Below are positions 27,322 to 40,136 of a stretch of DNA of 64,000 nucleotides, piece by piece. A program made the translations under genes and the position numbers. Location: assembly GCF_988243305.1 (NCBI RefSeq), contig NZ_OZ547136.1. One strand, 5' to 3'. Each line of letters opens with the position of its first letter. Position 1 is the stretch's first letter. Under the pieces are notes generated by a model. It had not been told where the DNA came from and made no database searches. It was given only the letters and a program-made list of their open reading frames with translations.

Positions 27322-28598
27322 TTCACCTCCCCGATGCGTTCCAGTACAGACTGTACCATCTGCATTCCTGTCTGACGCTCACGACTGACGGCTTCACTAA
27401 GTCGCGCATTCAGCGCCGGAAGCTGGCCTAAGGTATCCGCAACCATCGCTTGCAGGCTGCCGTCTAATAAATGACGGATATCAATTGCCATCTCTGGTAG
27501 CCCCAGTTGTTGCATAATCCCGGCGGATTTATGTTCATAGTTGATGGCAATCGCCGGAGTAGCAAAGTTCATTGAGATAATGGCGGAGTGCAGGCGCGTA
27601 CCGACGGTGAGTTCACAGGCTCCGAGAATTTTGCCCATTTCCAGATCGTTGAGTTCATCCATCACCACGTGGTAACGGGCAGGATCGCTGATGTGCTGGC
27701 GAAGATTGAGCGCCACCATGCGGTCGTCTTTGTTATAGCTGTCGATGCCCGTACAGGTGGATAGCGCAATCACCTGATACCCTTCATCGAGAATGCGATT
27801 GACCACTCCGGCAAAGGCTTTTTCATACGCTTGTTGAGTGGTGCCGAGACGTTTGTCGAACGGTGCCAGTTCGCGCAGGGTAATTGCCACCGTTTTCTGT
27901 TGTGCGGCAACGTCCAGCCAATGTTGAACGGCATAGCTGGCGGTGAATTCTTCTGTGTGGTGATCGACCAGCCACGCGGTATCGACGCCATGTTCCACTT
28001 TTGCGGTAGTGATATTGCTGCGTTTCATCAAATTAAGGCTGACCGATTCGCGCAGGATCAGCGCGTCGCAATGACCAAAGACATAGTTCGCCAGTTGGTT
28101 AAATTGCTCATCCTGGAACGGGCCGACGCTGTGACCAATCATAAACAGCGGCTTTTTCGCCATAAACGTGCAAAGTGCATGTTCAAACTGCGGCACGCCG
28201 TAGAGATCGACAAAAAACGATCCGCCGACCTGAATAATGGCGTCGTAACCTGACAGCAGGCGCACGAAGTCGGTGAATCCCTGGGCGATGGCGATATTAC
28301 GCAGCTTGCCAGTGTCGGTGACGCGTGAGAGCAATACCTGATGCTGGTAGCGGCGACGGAGGACTTTTTTAACGCGCCCGACAACGCCCGCCGCGCTGTT
28401 GTGTTGTTTCATTTGCAGGAACAGCGGATCGCCCATTACCGGGCGGTTGAGCAGCCAGGAAGAACTGACCGGATAGCGGCTCATCACGTCCACTTCGGCG
28501 TGTGGATTGAGGATGTTGATGGCATCAAGTAAGCCGCGCAAGATGGCGCTGTCGCCACGATTGCCGCAAGTGTGGTTGCCCAGAATAAGTAATTTCAT
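27318..28598 (-). CDS. wcaK: colanic acid pyruvyl transferase
   Basis: 426 aa ORF, cluster position. Confidence 0.88.
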   Translation of the reverse strand: MKLLILGNHTCGNRGDSAILRGLLDAINILNPHAEVDVMSRYPVSSSWLLNRPVMGDPLFLQMKQHNSAAGVVGRVKKVLRRRYQHQVLLSRVTDTGKLRNIAIAQGFTDFVRLLSGYDAIIQVGGSFFVDLYGVPQFEHALCTFMAKKPLFMIGHSVGPFQDEQFNQLANYVFGHCDALILRESVSLNLMKRSNITTAKVEHGVDTAWLVDHHTEEFTASYAVQHWLDVAAQQKTVAITLRELAPFDKRLGTTQQAYEKAFAGVVNRILDEGYQVIALSTCTGIDSYNKDDRMVALNLRQHISDPARYHVVMDELNDLEMGKILGACELTVGTRLHSAIISMNFATPAIAINYEHKSAGIMQQLGLPEMAIDIRHLLDGSLQAMVADTLGQLPALNARLSEAVSRERQTGMQMVQSVLERIGEVK

Positions 28599-28639
28599 TT
28601 TTTCCTCATAAATTTGATGCCAGGTGAGGCTGTGTTTGT

Positions 28640-28960
<321 letters not shown>

Positions 28961-28970
28961 AAACAGCAAC

Positions 28971-30449
28971 TCACCCCGCCCGTAAAAGCATTTTCATTTT
29001 TTCGCTGCGACAAAACTGACGCTTCACTTCCACCATCAGCGGATGGCGCGACAGCACAATCATCACCACAAACGCCAGCACGCCCGCGGCTATTTGCACC
29101 GCCAGCAGCATCCCCAGCGCCAGTTGCCCTTTCAGCACAATGCCCAGCGCATAACTGACCACCAGCGTCGGCAGCGAGAGATAAAACGGCAGCCACAAAC
29201 TCAGGATGTACTGGCGATAACTGGAACCGAGTACCGGTTTAATCATCACGAAGTAACTCAGAATGGTGTTGATAATCTGCACCAGCAGGAAACCGAGCGT
29301 GACGCCGATTGCGCCCGCCATCTGCCCACCAATAACAATCGCCGGAATAAACAGAAATGTTTTGAATACGTTGAATTTAAAGCTGATATCGACCCGCGCT
29401 TTCGCCATCAGCAGCGAACCAATCGGGTTACCCACGGAGCGCAGCAGACCCACCACACACAGCAATTGCAGCACCGGAATAATACTGTTCCACTTCTCAC
29501 CAAAGACCAGCGGTACAAAGTTATTCGACACCACCATCAGCCCGAGCAGCGCCGGAAAGTTGATAATCCCCACCACCGACAGCAGCTTGTAGAAGTTGAC
29601 GCGCAGCTTTTCGGTGTCGTCCTGAATTTTGGCAAATGCCGGAAACAACACGCGGGTGATGATTGGGTTCAGTTTCATCGGCGGCACAACGGCCACGTTG
29701 TACGCCAGGTTGTATCCCCCTGCCACGCCCGCGCCGAGAATACGCGCCAGCACCAGCGTTGAAAGGTTGGTATTGAGATAGTTGATGATGCTGTCCGCCG
29801 TCAGCCAGGCACCAAAGCGTAAGTTCGGTGCCACCGACGCCAGCGAGAAATGCAGACCGGGGCGATAAATTTTGCGGCCAAAGTAGCCAAACAGCAGCGT
29901 TCTCACCGCACTATTGACCAGATAACCGAGGATCGCGGTCATCGCCAGCGGCCAGAAATGGGCGCTAACCACCGTAAAAGTGAAGCCCGCCAGTACCGCG
30001 CTGGTTTCGATCATGCCGATTTTGTTGAACTCCAGCTCCTTCTGCATCAACGCGCGGAACTGTTGCCCGTGGGGGATCACCACAAACGCCAGCGACAATG
30101 TTTTAATCAACGGTGCCAGGTCCGGGTTATTCAGCACGTCGCCGATGAGATCACTCAACAAAAACACCGCCACGCACACCACGATCCCCAGCCCGACGTT
30201 CAGCCAGTACAACGTGGTGAGTTCAAGGTGACTGATTTCTTTTCGCTGAATAATCGAGTTAGCGATACCAAAGTCAGAAAGCGTATCTGCCAGCGCGATG
30301 ATCACCAGCGACACGGTAAGCAAACCGAACTGGTGGTTGTCGATAATCCGCGCCAGCACGGTCATCTGCACCAGCCCGAGGCCGATGATGATCACCGTGG
30401 CAATCGCCGACCACTTCGCGCCGCTGATGGTTTTTTCACGTAAGCTCAT
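28971..30449 (-). CDS. wzxC: colanic acid repeat-unit flippase
   Basis: 492 aa multi-spanning membrane ORF, cluster position. Confidence 0.88.
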   Translation of the reverse strand: MSLREKTISGAKWSAIATVIIIGLGLVQMTVLARIIDNHQFGLLTVSLVIIALADTLSDFGIANSIIQRKEISHLELTTLYWLNVGLGIVVCVAVFLLSDLIGDVLNNPDLAPLIKTLSLAFVVIPHGQQFRALMQKELEFNKIGMIETSAVLAGFTFTVVSAHFWPLAMTAILGYLVNSAVRTLLFGYFGRKIYRPGLHFSLASVAPNLRFGAWLTADSIINYLNTNLSTLVLARILGAGVAGGYNLAYNVAVVPPMKLNPIITRVLFPAFAKIQDDTEKLRVNFYKLLSVVGIINFPALLGLMVVSNNFVPLVFGEKWNSIIPVLQLLCVVGLLRSVGNPIGSLLMAKARVDISFKFNVFKTFLFIPAIVIGGQMAGAIGVTLGFLLVQIINTILSYFVMIKPVLGSSYRQYILSLWLPFYLSLPTLVVSYALGIVLKGQLALGMLLAVQIAAGVLAFVVMIVLSRHPLMVEVKRQFCRSEKMKMLLRAG

Positions 30450-30450
30450 A

Positions 30451-31845
30451 TCAATATGCCGCTTTGTTAACGAAGCCTTTGAATACCGTCAGGAAAACGA
30501 TTTTGATATCGAACCAGACGCTCCATTCGCGGATGTACTCAAGGTCGAACTCGACGCGTTTTTCCATTTTCTCCAGCGTGTCGGTTTCGCCGCGCCAGCC
30601 GTTAATCTGCGCCCAGCCGGTAATGCCCGGTTTCACCTTATGACGCAGCATGTAGCCTTCAATGAGCTGTCGATACTGTTCGTTATGCGCCACCGCGTGC
30701 GGACGTGGACCGACAATCGACATCCCCCCGGTCAGCACATTGATAAACTGCGGCAATTCATCCAGCGAGGTGCGGCGCAGAAAGTTCCCCACTTTGGTGA
30801 CGCGCGGATCGTTCTGCGTCGCCTGGGTCACCACTTTGTCGTTCTCCATCACTTTCATGGAACGGAACTTCCACACTTTGATCGGCTTGCCATCCATGCC
30901 GTAGCGAGTCTGGCGGAAAATAACCGGCCCAGGTGAACTGAGTTTCACCGCCAGCGCAATGCAGCACAGCACCGGGGAGATCAGCAGCAGGATAAGCGTC
31001 GCCAGCACAATGTCTTCCGCACGTTTGAGCAGGCGGTTAACCCCGGAAAGCGGCGTGTCGTAAAGCGGCACCACCGGAACGCCGTTCATCTCTTCAAGAC
31101 GTGAATGGAGAATGTTGAAGGTAAAGACATCGGGGATCAGCAGCACCGAACAGGTGGTGTCCGCCAGTTGATGGACCAGTTTTTTCACTCGCGCGCCGTC
31201 GCACATTTGCATCGCGATATAGACGTTATGAATCTTGCCTGCTTTAGCATCCTCGACCAGCTGTTGCAGGTTACCCGCCCAGTCGTTAGAAACGCCGCCC
31301 GGTTTCGGGTCGTGGTAAACCCCCACCACTTCAAACCCTAACCACGGCTGATTACGGAAGCTCTCCATCAGCATTTGTCCGGCGGCTAAATCCCCCGCCA
31401 CCGCGACCATGCGCTTGTTATAGCCATGATTACGCAGCCAGCCCGCCCCAATGCGAATACACGAACGGCAAACCACCAGTCCGATGCTGGTCAGCCCATA
31501 CCACGCCAGCCAGATTTTCAGTTGCGTGTCGAAATCATTATTGAACGCCACCAGTCCGGCGCTGAAAATCACGCTTAACGTCCAGTTTTGTAGCAACAGG
31601 GCAAATTCTGTCGCTGCCCGAACACCGCGCCATGAGCGATAAAAATCGGTGATGCCGCCCAGCATCTGGAACACCACCAGCGTAATCAGCGCCACCAACA
31701 GGTGCATGTAGAGGAATGACAGTCCGCTGACTTCGCAAACCAGCCATAGCCCGGCAAACATGATGGTGATATCTGAAAAGCGTTGCACCATAGAGATTAA
31801 CGATGCATTGGTTTTCGCTCGCTCGCGCTTTTTTAGATTTGTCAT
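30451..31845 (-). CDS. wcaJ: UDP-glucose:undecaprenyl-phosphate glucose-1-phosphate transferase
   Basis: 464 aa ORF with N-terminal TM segments and C-terminal sugar transferase domain. Confidence 0.9.
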   Translation of the reverse strand: MTNLKKRERAKTNASLISMVQRFSDITIMFAGLWLVCEVSGLSFLYMHLLVALITLVVFQMLGGITDFYRSWRGVRAATEFALLLQNWTLSVIFSAGLVAFNNDFDTQLKIWLAWYGLTSIGLVVCRSCIRIGAGWLRNHGYNKRMVAVAGDLAAGQMLMESFRNQPWLGFEVVGVYHDPKPGGVSNDWAGNLQQLVEDAKAGKIHNVYIAMQMCDGARVKKLVHQLADTTCSVLLIPDVFTFNILHSRLEEMNGVPVVPLYDTPLSGVNRLLKRAEDIVLATLILLLISPVLCCIALAVKLSSPGPVIFRQTRYGMDGKPIKVWKFRSMKVMENDKVVTQATQNDPRVTKVGNFLRRTSLDELPQFINVLTGGMSIVGPRPHAVAHNEQYRQLIEGYMLRHKVKPGITGWAQINGWRGETDTLEKMEKRVEFDLEYIREWSVWFDIKIVFLTVFKGFVNKAAY

Positions 31846-31899
31846 CGTTGTTCCTGTTATTAGCCCCTTACCCGCAATGGGGTAAGGGAAGATCCGACA

Positions 31900-33270
31900 T
31901 TACTCATTCAGCAACGTCAGCAGAGTTCGCGTTCGCGCTTCCATCAGCGGCACATCACCGCGCGATTCCACATTCAACCGCACCACCGGTTCGGTGTTGG
32001 AGGAGCGCAGGTTAAAGCGCCAGTCGGCAAAGGTCATGCTGATGCCATCGGTGCGATCCACCGCCAGCGCCTCGCGGCTAAAATGCTGTTCGACGCGGTT
32101 AATCGCCTCAACGGGTTGTGACAGTTTGCTGTTGATCTCACCGCTTGCCGGGAATGCCGCCATCCGGTCGCGCACCAGTTCGCCCAGCGTTTTTCCTTTC
32201 AGGCACACCAGTTCGGCGACCAGCAGCCACGGGATCATGCCGCTGTCGCAGTAAGCGAAATCACGGAAGTAATGGTGGGCGCTCATTTCGCCACCGTAGA
32301 TGGCGTCTTCCTTGCGCATACGTTCTTTAATAAAGGCGTGTCCGTTTTTCGACATCACCGGCGTGCCGCCAGCGGCAGTCACCACATCAACGGTATTCCA
32401 GGAGAGACGTGGATCGTGGATGATCTTCGCGCCGGGATTTTTTTCGAGGAACGCTTCTGCCAGCAGGCCGACAATGTAGTAGCCTTCGATAAACTGCCCT
32501 TTTTCGTTAAACAGGAAGCAGCGGTCAAAATCGCCATCAAAGGCAATGCCCATATCCGCGCCGTGTTTGATGACCGCATTGCGGGTGTCGTCGCGGCATT
32601 CAGGCAGCAGCGGGTTAGGAATACCGTTGGGGAAATTGCCGTCCGGTGTGTTGTGTACTTTGATTAATTCCACCGGCGCGCCGAGGGCTTTAAAGCGGGC
32701 TTCGATGGCGTCAACTACCGGACCCGCTGCGCCGTTCCCGGAGTTGATCACCAGCTTGAGCGGCGTGAGATTTTTGACATTGATATAACCGAACAGGTGA
32801 TCAACGTAAGCGTCACGCAGGTTGATTTGCTGATAGCGACCGCGTTTGGTTTCATCGACGAGAGGAAAGTTGTTGGCTTCAGCCAGACGCTGGATGTCGC
32901 GCAGTCCGGTATCACCGCTGATCGGGCGAGCCCCTTCGCGCACCAGCTTCATGCCGTTGTAATCCATCGGGTTATGGCTGGCGGTAACTTCAATGCCGCC
33001 ATCCACACCGAGATGGAACGTGGCGAAATAAATCTCTTCGGTGCCGGACATGCCAATATCCAGCACGTCGACGCCCGCATCCTGTAAACCTTTCGCCAGC
33101 GCCAGTTTTAAGGTTTCGCTGGTGAGGCGGACATCACCGCCTAACACAATGGTTTTCGGTTTGAGAAATTCGCCATAAGCGCGACCAATGCGCCAGGCAA
33201 TATCTTCATTCAGTTCTTCGCCTAATTTTCCACGAATATCATAGGCTTTAAAGCAGGTTAATTTTTTCAT
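31900..33270 (-). CDS. manB: phosphomannomutase, colanic acid cluster copy
   Basis: ORF 31900-33318; start set at [10 protein letters not shown] (cat at 33268-33270), giving 456 aa. Confidence 0.92.
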   Translation of the reverse strand: MKKLTCFKAYDIRGKLGEELNEDIAWRIGRAYGEFLKPKTIVLGGDVRLTSETLKLALAKGLQDAGVDVLDIGMSGTEEIYFATFHLGVDGGIEVTASHNPMDYNGMKLVREGARPISGDTGLRDIQRLAEANNFPLVDETKRGRYQQINLRDAYVDHLFGYINVKNLTPLKLVINSGNGAAGPVVDAIEARFKALGAPVELIKVHNTPDGNFPNGIPNPLLPECRDDTRNAVIKHGADMGIAFDGDFDRCFLFNEKGQFIEGYYIVGLLAEAFLEKNPGAKIIHDPRLSWNTVDVVTAAGGTPVMSKNGHAFIKERMRKEDAIYGGEMSAHHYFRDFAYCDSGMIPWLLVAELVCLKGKTLGELVRDRMAAFPASGEINSKLSQPVEAINRVEQHFSREALAVDRTDGISMTFADWRFNLRSSNTEPVVRLNVESRGDVPLMEARTRTLLTLLNE

Positions 33271-33339
33271 GTCGTTACCCTTTTTCAGGCAATAGTTGGC
33301 CCTGACCGAAGCGGCCAATTTTGTTTTTGTCGTTATTTA

Positions 33340-33550
<211 letters not shown>

Positions 33551-34996
33551 TTACACCCGTCCGTAGCGATCCGCGAAGCGCACCACATCATCCTCTTCGA
33601 GATAAGAGCCGGAGCGCACTTCAATTAAATCGAGCGGAATTTTCCCCGGGTTTTCCAGGCAATGCGTCGCCCCCAGCGGAATATAAATGGACTCGTTTTC
33701 ACCAAGCAGTTTGATATCACCGTCGATAGTGACTTTTGCCGTTCCCGCGACCACCACCCAGTGTTCCGCGCGGTGATGGTGCATCTGTACCGACAAGCCC
33801 TCGCCCGGTTTCACGGTGATGCGTTTCACCTGGTAGCGGTCGCCCGCGTCGATAGAGTCATATTTGCCCCACGGACGATACACTTCGCGATGCACCCGAT
33901 GCTCATGGCGACCATCGGCTTTGATCTGCTCGACCACTTTTTTCACATCCTGCACCGCGTTACGGTCGGCAATCAGCACCGCATCTTTGGTCTGCACCAC
34001 TACCAGATCTTTCACCCCGACGGTGGTGACCAGGCCAGATTCGGCGTACACATAGCTGTTTTCAGTTTTGTGATTAATCACATCACCGTGGCAAACGTTG
34101 CCCTCGGCGGTGTGGGCGCTGATCTCCCATAATGAAGACCAGGAACCGACATCGCTCCAGCCCGCATCCATCGGCACCACAACGGCATCTGCCGTACGTT
34201 CCATGACCGCGTAATCCACCGACTCTTCCGGGCAGGCCAGAAACGCTTCTTCATCCACGCGAATAAAATCGAGATCCGGATCGACGGCGCTCATCGCTTG
34301 TTCACAGGCGTCGAGAATATCCGGGCGATATTTTTTCAGTTCTTCGAGATAGCGTCCGGCGCGGAACAGGAACATGCCGCTGTTCCAGTAATATTCGCCG
34401 CTTGCCACATAGGCCTGGGCGGTTTCCAGATTCGGTTTTTCGACAAACTGCGCCACTTCAAAGGCCACCGTATCCTGCTCACCCGCAGATACTTCACCGC
34501 GACGAATATAGCCATATCCGGTTTCAGGTAGATCCGGCACAATGCCGAAGGTCACCAGCTTGCCCGCTTCGGCATATGGCATGGCATTACGCACGGCGGT
34601 GCGAAAAGCGTCTTCATCGGCAATCACATGATCCGCCGCCAGCACCAGCATTAACGGGTCGCTCTCCGGGCTATGACGTTTTGCCGCCAGCGCCGCCAGC
34701 GCCGCCAGCGCAATGGCAGGTGCAGTGTTACGCCCTGCCGGTTCGAGAATAATGTTCTCGGTGAGTTTGTTCAGTTGGCGCAGCTGTTCCGCGACAATAA
34801 AGCGGTGCTGCTCATTGCAAATCACCACCGGGCTTTCGCACTCTACGCCTTTCAGGCGGCAGATGGTGGTTTGCAGCATGGTGAGATCGCCTTTCAGGCA
34901 TAAAAACTGCTTGGGGTAAAGTACGCGGGAAAGCGGCCATAAGCGGCTACCGGAGCCACCTGCCATCACAACTGGATAGAGTTTCGACTGCGCCAT
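33551..34996 (-). CDS. manC: mannose-1-phosphate guanylyltransferase, colanic acid cluster copy
   Basis: 481 aa ORF; [18 protein letters not shown] motif. Confidence 0.92.
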   Translation of the reverse strand: MAQSKLYPVVMAGGSGSRLWPLSRVLYPKQFLCLKGDLTMLQTTICRLKGVECESPVVICNEQHRFIVAEQLRQLNKLTENIILEPAGRNTAPAIALAALAALAAKRHSPESDPLMLVLAADHVIADEDAFRTAVRNAMPYAEAGKLVTFGIVPDLPETGYGYIRRGEVSAGEQDTVAFEVAQFVEKPNLETAQAYVASGEYYWNSGMFLFRAGRYLEELKKYRPDILDACEQAMSAVDPDLDFIRVDEEAFLACPEESVDYAVMERTADAVVVPMDAGWSDVGSWSSLWEISAHTAEGNVCHGDVINHKTENSYVYAESGLVTTVGVKDLVVVQTKDAVLIADRNAVQDVKKVVEQIKADGRHEHRVHREVYRPWGKYDSIDAGDRYQVKRITVKPGEGLSVQMHHHRAEHWVVVAGTAKVTIDGDIKLLGENESIYIPLGATHCLENPGKIPLDLIEVRSGSYLEEDDVVRFADRYGRV

Positions 34997-34998
34997 AA

Positions 34999-36222
34999 TT
35001 ATCCCCGAATATCATTTATAAATTGACGTAACACGTTCTCTTTATCGAGCGTGCGTTCGGCATATTCACGTGCCACCGTGTTGTGTTTGGGCAGCAGAAG
35101 CGCCTGACGGATCCCCGCCACCAGCGCCTCGACCGATTCCGGTTCTACGCAAACCGCAATTCCCGGAAAGGTTTCGCAAAGCTGCCCCAGTTCTGTGTGG
35201 GCTTCCGCGGTAATCACCGCGTTACCGCCTACCGCCAGAATATTGGTCAGTTTCGACGGCAATACGGCATCTGCCGCGCCGCGTTTTTGCACCACCAGAT
35301 GGCAATCGCCCATCTTCAGCAGTGCGGGTAAAGCGTCATACGATTGCAGCGGGAAAAATTGCATGTTGCGCAGTCCACGCTGCTGCGCCATTTTTTCCAG
35401 CCGCGCTTTGCCGCCGCCCTGCCCGACAATGGCAAAAATCAGCGGTTCATCGCGCAGGAGATCGGCAGCTTCAATAACGTTTTCCAGCCCCTGCTTTTCA
35501 CCAATATTGCCGGAGTAAAGAATGATTTTTTTGTTATCCGGCAGGCCAAGCTGGTTACGAAGAGCGTCAACATCGGCATCTGCAACATGCTGAAAACGGG
35601 CAATTTCCGACCAGTTGGGGAAGAAGATGACGTTTTCCGCCGCCACGCCTTTTTCGATGGCTTTATTCATCATCGAACGCGAAATCGTGGAGACGTTATC
35701 GACGTTATGCAGTCCGCTACGTTCGAACGCCGTTGCCAGCTGTGCCACTTTGCCGCCTTTGCCTTTTCCGGCAAGGCCCAGCCCCAGCATGGCGTCCACT
35801 TCGTAATCCTGAATATGCAGCACGGTACGCGCACCAGAGAGTTTCGCCAGCAGGCGCATTCCCGGCGTGCAAAACAGCGTTGGCACCACGCCAATAATGC
35901 GATCCGGCTTCCAGCGACGTTGCGCCATCAACGGGAAAAAACTGCTGACGGCAAAACTGCCGAGATGTAACAGGCGTTTCAGGGTGCTCGGCTGTTTTGG
36001 CACGTACAGCGGGCAGCGCCACACCGTAGCGGCCCCCTCTTCTCGTTTGTATCGCCAGGCGGAATAGTTCTCGCCCACCTGCCACTGCGGGTAGTAAGGT
36101 GGTGCGGTAATGACCCGCACCTCATGACCTTGTGCCGCCAGCCATTCCACCATCTCGCCGGTGTATTTGCCGATGCCGGTTAACTCCGGCGAGTAGTTAA
36201 TGCCGTAGACCAGTATTTTCAT
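34999..36222 (-). CDS. wcaI: colanic acid glycosyltransferase
   Basis: 407 aa GT-B fold ORF, cluster position. Confidence 0.88.
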   Translation of the reverse strand: MKILVYGINYSPELTGIGKYTGEMVEWLAAQGHEVRVITAPPYYPQWQVGENYSAWRYKREEGAATVWRCPLYVPKQPSTLKRLLHLGSFAVSSFFPLMAQRRWKPDRIIGVVPTLFCTPGMRLLAKLSGARTVLHIQDYEVDAMLGLGLAGKGKGGKVAQLATAFERSGLHNVDNVSTISRSMMNKAIEKGVAAENVIFFPNWSEIARFQHVADADVDALRNQLGLPDNKKIILYSGNIGEKQGLENVIEAADLLRDEPLIFAIVGQGGGKARLEKMAQQRGLRNMQFFPLQSYDALPALLKMGDCHLVVQKRGAADAVLPSKLTNILAVGGNAVITAEAHTELGQLCETFPGIAVCVEPESVEALVAGIRQALLLPKHNTVAREYAERTLDKENVLRQFINDIRG

Positions 36223-36701
36223 AATCCGGGTACTCCGGCACGCTTCTCAGCGAGAAAATAGGCGCGGCTGTTAGCGTGAACATCGTTACTGGCGAGCAGC
36301 GCGTCCGGCGTCAGCCAGCGGTAATCGTCATGCTGCTCATCCGGCAGTATCAGATCTTCTTCAGCGACTCTGAAGCGAAAACCGAGCACCACATAGTGAG
36401 TGGTGAAATCCGTGCCGGAGAAGTTATCGTCATAAAAGTGCTGCCAGACACCGTAAAACTGGCCTGCTGTTATCGGCAGACGCAGCCCCAGTTCCGCCAT
36501 CGTCAGCCGCTCGAATGCGGCTTCCAGCGTTTCGTCTTTCTGCACGCGCCCTCCCGGCACAAACCAGTAACCCTGCGCCGGGCGGTTGGTTCTTTTGCCA
36601 AGCAGAAACTCGCCGCGACTGTTCTCGACAATAAAGTCGAGAGAGACAAGCGGGGTGGAGCGCACTACCGTGGCAAAGTCTTCCTGACGTAAAAACATCA
36701 T
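36219..36701 (-). CDS. gmm: GDP-mannose mannosyl hydrolase (Nudix)
   Basis: 160 aa ORF, Nudix-like, cluster position. Confidence 0.88.
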   Translation of the reverse strand: MMFLRQEDFATVVRSTPLVSLDFIVENSRGEFLLGKRTNRPAQGYWFVPGGRVQKDETLEAAFERLTMAELGLRLPITAGQFYGVWQHFYDDNFSGTDFTTHYVVLGFRFRVAEEDLILPDEQHDDYRWLTPDALLASNDVHANSRAYFLAEKRAGVPGL

Positions 36702-37666
36702 TACCCCCGAAAGCGGTCTTGATTCTCAAGGAACCACTGGTAAGTGCTGGCAAGCCCCGCTTCCAGTGAGATTTCGTGATACCAGCCAAGCTGATGCAGG
36801 CGCGTCACATCCAGCAGTTTGCGCGGCGTGCCATCCGGTTTGCTGGCATCAAAAACCACCCGGCCTTTGTAACCCACCACTTTGGCGATGGTTTGCGCCA
36901 GCTCGCGGATAGTGCAGTCAACGCCCGTGCCGACGTTAATGTGCGACAACATCGGCTGGGTGTTCTCCAGCCAGACTTCATGCGCCAGCTCCATGACATG
37001 AATGCTCGCCGCCGCCATATCATCGACGTGCAGAAATTCGCGCATCGGTGTACCGCTGCCCCATACCACCACGTCCGGCGCATTCTGTGCCGTCGCCTCG
37101 TGGAAGCGACGCAGCAATGCTGGGATCACATGCGAATTACTCGGGTGGAAGTTGTCGTGTGGCCCGTACAGGTTGGTCGGCATGACTGAGCGGTAATCGC
37201 GTCCGTACTGGCGGTTGTATGATTCGCACAGTTTGATCCCGGCGATTTTGGCAATAGCATAAGGCTCGTTAGTCGGCTCCAGCGTGCCCTGCAACAACTC
37301 GCTTTCTGCCATCGGCTGTTTTGCCAGTTTCGGGTAGATGCAGGACGATCCGAGAAACAGCAGTTTGTTCACGTCGTTCTGATGCGCGGCGTGAATGATG
37401 TTGCTCTCAATCATCATGTTCTGGTAGATGAAATCCGCCGGATAGGTGTTGTTGGCAACAATGCCGCCCACTTTCGCCGCCGCCAGATAGACCTGGTCAA
37501 TACGTTCGCTGGCAAAGAAATCATGCACGGCGCGGCTGTCCAGCAGGTTCAGCTCGTCGCGGGTGCGTAATACCAGTTCCACATCACCGCGCTGTTCGAG
37601 CTGCCGCCTGATGGCAGAACCGACCATCCCGCGATGGCCAGCGATAAAAATGCGTTGTTTACTCAT
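36701..37666 (-). CDS. fcl: GDP-L-fucose synthase
   Basis: 321 aa ORF, cluster position. Confidence 0.92.
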   Translation of the reverse strand: MSKQRIFIAGHRGMVGSAIRRQLEQRGDVELVLRTRDELNLLDSRAVHDFFASERIDQVYLAAAKVGGIVANNTYPADFIYQNMMIESNIIHAAHQNDVNKLLFLGSSCIYPKLAKQPMAESELLQGTLEPTNEPYAIAKIAGIKLCESYNRQYGRDYRSVMPTNLYGPHDNFHPSNSHVIPALLRRFHEATAQNAPDVVVWGSGTPMREFLHVDDMAAASIHVMELAHEVWLENTQPMLSHINVGTGVDCTIRELAQTIAKVVGYKGRVVFDASKPDGTPRKLLDVTRLHQLGWYHEISLEAGLASTYQWFLENQDRFRG

Positions 37667-37668
37667 GC

Positions 37669-38790
37669 TTATGACTCCAGCGCGATCGCCACGTCGTAGC
37701 CGTGAGATTTCAGCAGAGAGTGTTTTTTCGCCGCTTCGAGGTCATTAGCCACCATTTCAGACACCATCTCTCTGAGGGTGATTTCCGGTTTCCAGCCCAG
37801 TTTTTCGTGCGCTTTGGTCGGGTCGCCGAGCAGCGTTTCAACTTCTGCCGGACGGAAGTAACGCGGGTCAACGGCGATAATCACATCACCCGGTTTAACG
37901 CCCGGCGCGTCATGCCCGGTGACGGAAACCACAATGCCCTTCTCTTCAACACCCGTGCCTTCAAAGCGCAGTTTGATGCCCAGCTGTGCTGCCGCCATTT
38001 CCACGAACTGACGTACGGAGTACTGAACGCCGGTAGCGATAACAAAATCTTCCGGCTGTTCCTGTTGCAGCATCATCCACTGCATTTTTACGTAGTCTTT
38101 GGCATGGCCCCAGTCACGCAGGGAATCCATATTGCCGAGGTACAGACACGACTCCAGCCCCTGGGCGATGTTGGCGATTGCGCGGGTGATTTTGCGGGTA
38201 ACGAAGGTTTCACCGCGGCGCGGGGATTCATGGTTGAAGAGAATACCGTTACAGGCGTACATGCCGTAGGATTCGCGGTAGTTAACGGTGATCCAGTAGG
38301 CGTACAGTTTGGCGACCGCATACGGAGATCGCGGGTAGAACGGCGTGGTCTCTTTCTGCGGAATTTCCTGCACCAGACCATACAGTTCAGAGGTGGAAGC
38401 CTGATAGAAACGAGTTTTCTTTTCCAGACCGAGGAAGCGGATCGCCTCCAGCAGGCGCAGCGTACCCATCGCGTCGACGTCAGCGGTATATTCTGGTGAC
38501 TCAAAAGAGACCGCAACGTGGCTCATTGCGCCCAGGTTGTACACTTCATCCGGCTGTACTTCACGCAAAATGCGCGTCAGGTTAGAGGTATCACTCAGGT
38601 CGCCATAATGCAGATGGAATTTCGGGTTGCAGGTGTGCGGATCCTGATAAATGTGATCCACGCGCTCGGTGTTGAATGACGATGCGCGACGCTTAATACC
38701 ATGCACCTCGTAACCTTTTTCCAGCAGAAACTCTGCCAGGTAAGAACCGTCTTGTCCGGTTACACCGGTGATGAGAGCGACTTTTGACAT
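37669..38790 (-). CDS. gmd: GDP-mannose 4,6-dehydratase
   Basis: 373 aa ORF, cluster position. Confidence 0.92.
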
Positions 38791-38815
38791 GTCTTATTCC
38801 TCTGTATTTTTGAAT

Positions 38816-39364
38816 TTATTCAGTTTCAACGCGTTCGCGTATCACCACTGCGGGATTCCCCCGGCAAACCACATTTGCCGGAAGCGATTTAAAAACACTG
38901 CTTCGTGCACCCACGACGGTGCCGTCGCCGATTGTGACGCCTGGGGCAACAAAGACATCGGTTGCCAGCCAGCATTTCTCGCCAATCACAATAGGCGTGG
39001 CGTTAATGGTGAAATGTTGACTTGCATGGTCGTGGCTACCGGTGCATAAATAACTTTTTTGCGATATCACCGAATGTGCGCCAATGGTTATTTCACCGAG
39101 GGTATATAAATTGACGTCATCGCCGACCCACGCGTAATCACCTAAGGTTAATTTCCACGGATAGGTAATTTTTACTGACGGACGAATAACTACGTTTTTT
39201 CCTATTTTTGCTCCGAATAAACGTAATAAAAAAGCCCGCCAGCGATACAATACTTGTGGCGACCAGGCAAATATTGTTGCCTGTACTGCCCACCATAATT
39301 GCACTTTAATAGCGTTGCCGCCCCGGAACCCTTTCGGCACCGAGAAACCGCTTAAATCTTGCAT
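38816..39364 (-). CDS. wcaF: colanic acid acetyltransferase (hexapeptide repeat)
   Basis: 182 aa ORF, cluster position. Confidence 0.88.
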   Translation of the reverse strand: MQDLSGFSVPKGFRGGNAIKVQLWWAVQATIFAWSPQVLYRWRAFLLRLFGAKIGKNVVIRPSVKITYPWKLTLGDYAWVGDDVNLYTLGEITIGAHSVISQKSYLCTGSHDHASQHFTINATPIVIGEKCWLATDVFVAPGVTIGDGTVVGARSSVFKSLPANVVCRGNPAVVIRERVETE

Positions 39365-39379
39365 TGGTTTTCCTTATAT

Positions 39380-40126
39380 TCAGACTTTGTTATATAAGGC
39401 TTTCGTCTTTGAGGTAGTACGTTGGCGTAAATGCCAGGATAATTCAGCCCAAAAGCCAGGCACATGTAATATTTGTCGTTGGACTTTTTTCGCGTCAGCA
39501 CACAATTCCATATTATTGGTGGTAGATACCCCACCCATGGAAAATTCAGACACCAGGCCATTGAGTTTTTTAAATGCATAACCGGCTTTATACATTTTGG
39601 CTGCCAGCGCGTAGTCGGAAGAAACTTTATATTCCAGGTCATAACGCCATTTTTTCAAGCCGGATACAGGGAAAAATATCGCCTGATGACTGGCGGGCAG
39701 GCTGTGATAAATATACCAGCCCGGTTTGGCGCTACGTTTAATTTTATGCCCGTCGCCAAAATCCAGCAGCGCATCGCCGGTGATCATCACGTTATCTTTT
39801 TGCATTTTTAACTTACGGACAAAATTTGCGGCATTCTGATGAAAAATATCGCCCGAATTGAGAAACAACGCGAACTTGCCTTGTGCCATCGCAATGCCTT
39901 TGTTCATGGCGTCGTAGATACCGTTATCTGGCTCGCTGACAAAGCGTAGGTTAAAGATACCATTGAGATTTTCCAGATACTCACGGGTGCCGTCGTTGGA
40001 ACCGCCATCGACAACAATCCATTCGAAGCTGATATCTTCCACCTGCGCCAGATGCGCCAGCGAGGCATGTGTTTTGACTATCCCTTCGAGGTTACGAAAC
40101 GCGACAGTGATTATGCTAAGCAACAT
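39380..40126 (-). CDS. wcaE: colanic acid glycosyltransferase, family 2
   Basis: 248 aa ORF; SIITVAFRN...DGGSNDGT motif. Confidence 0.88.
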
Positions 40127-40136
40127 GTTCTTATTC

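Noticed and set aside
29043-30443. Plus-strand ORFs (239 aa and 197 aa) inside wzxC
   Set aside because: Antisense to a clear 12-TM flippase ORF; translations are His/Arg/Gln-rich, which is the usual mirror image of a hydrophobic membrane protein gene.
35344-35970. 208-aa plus-strand ORF inside wcaI
   Set aside because: Antisense overlap with an intact glycosyltransferase gene; no start context or domain signature.
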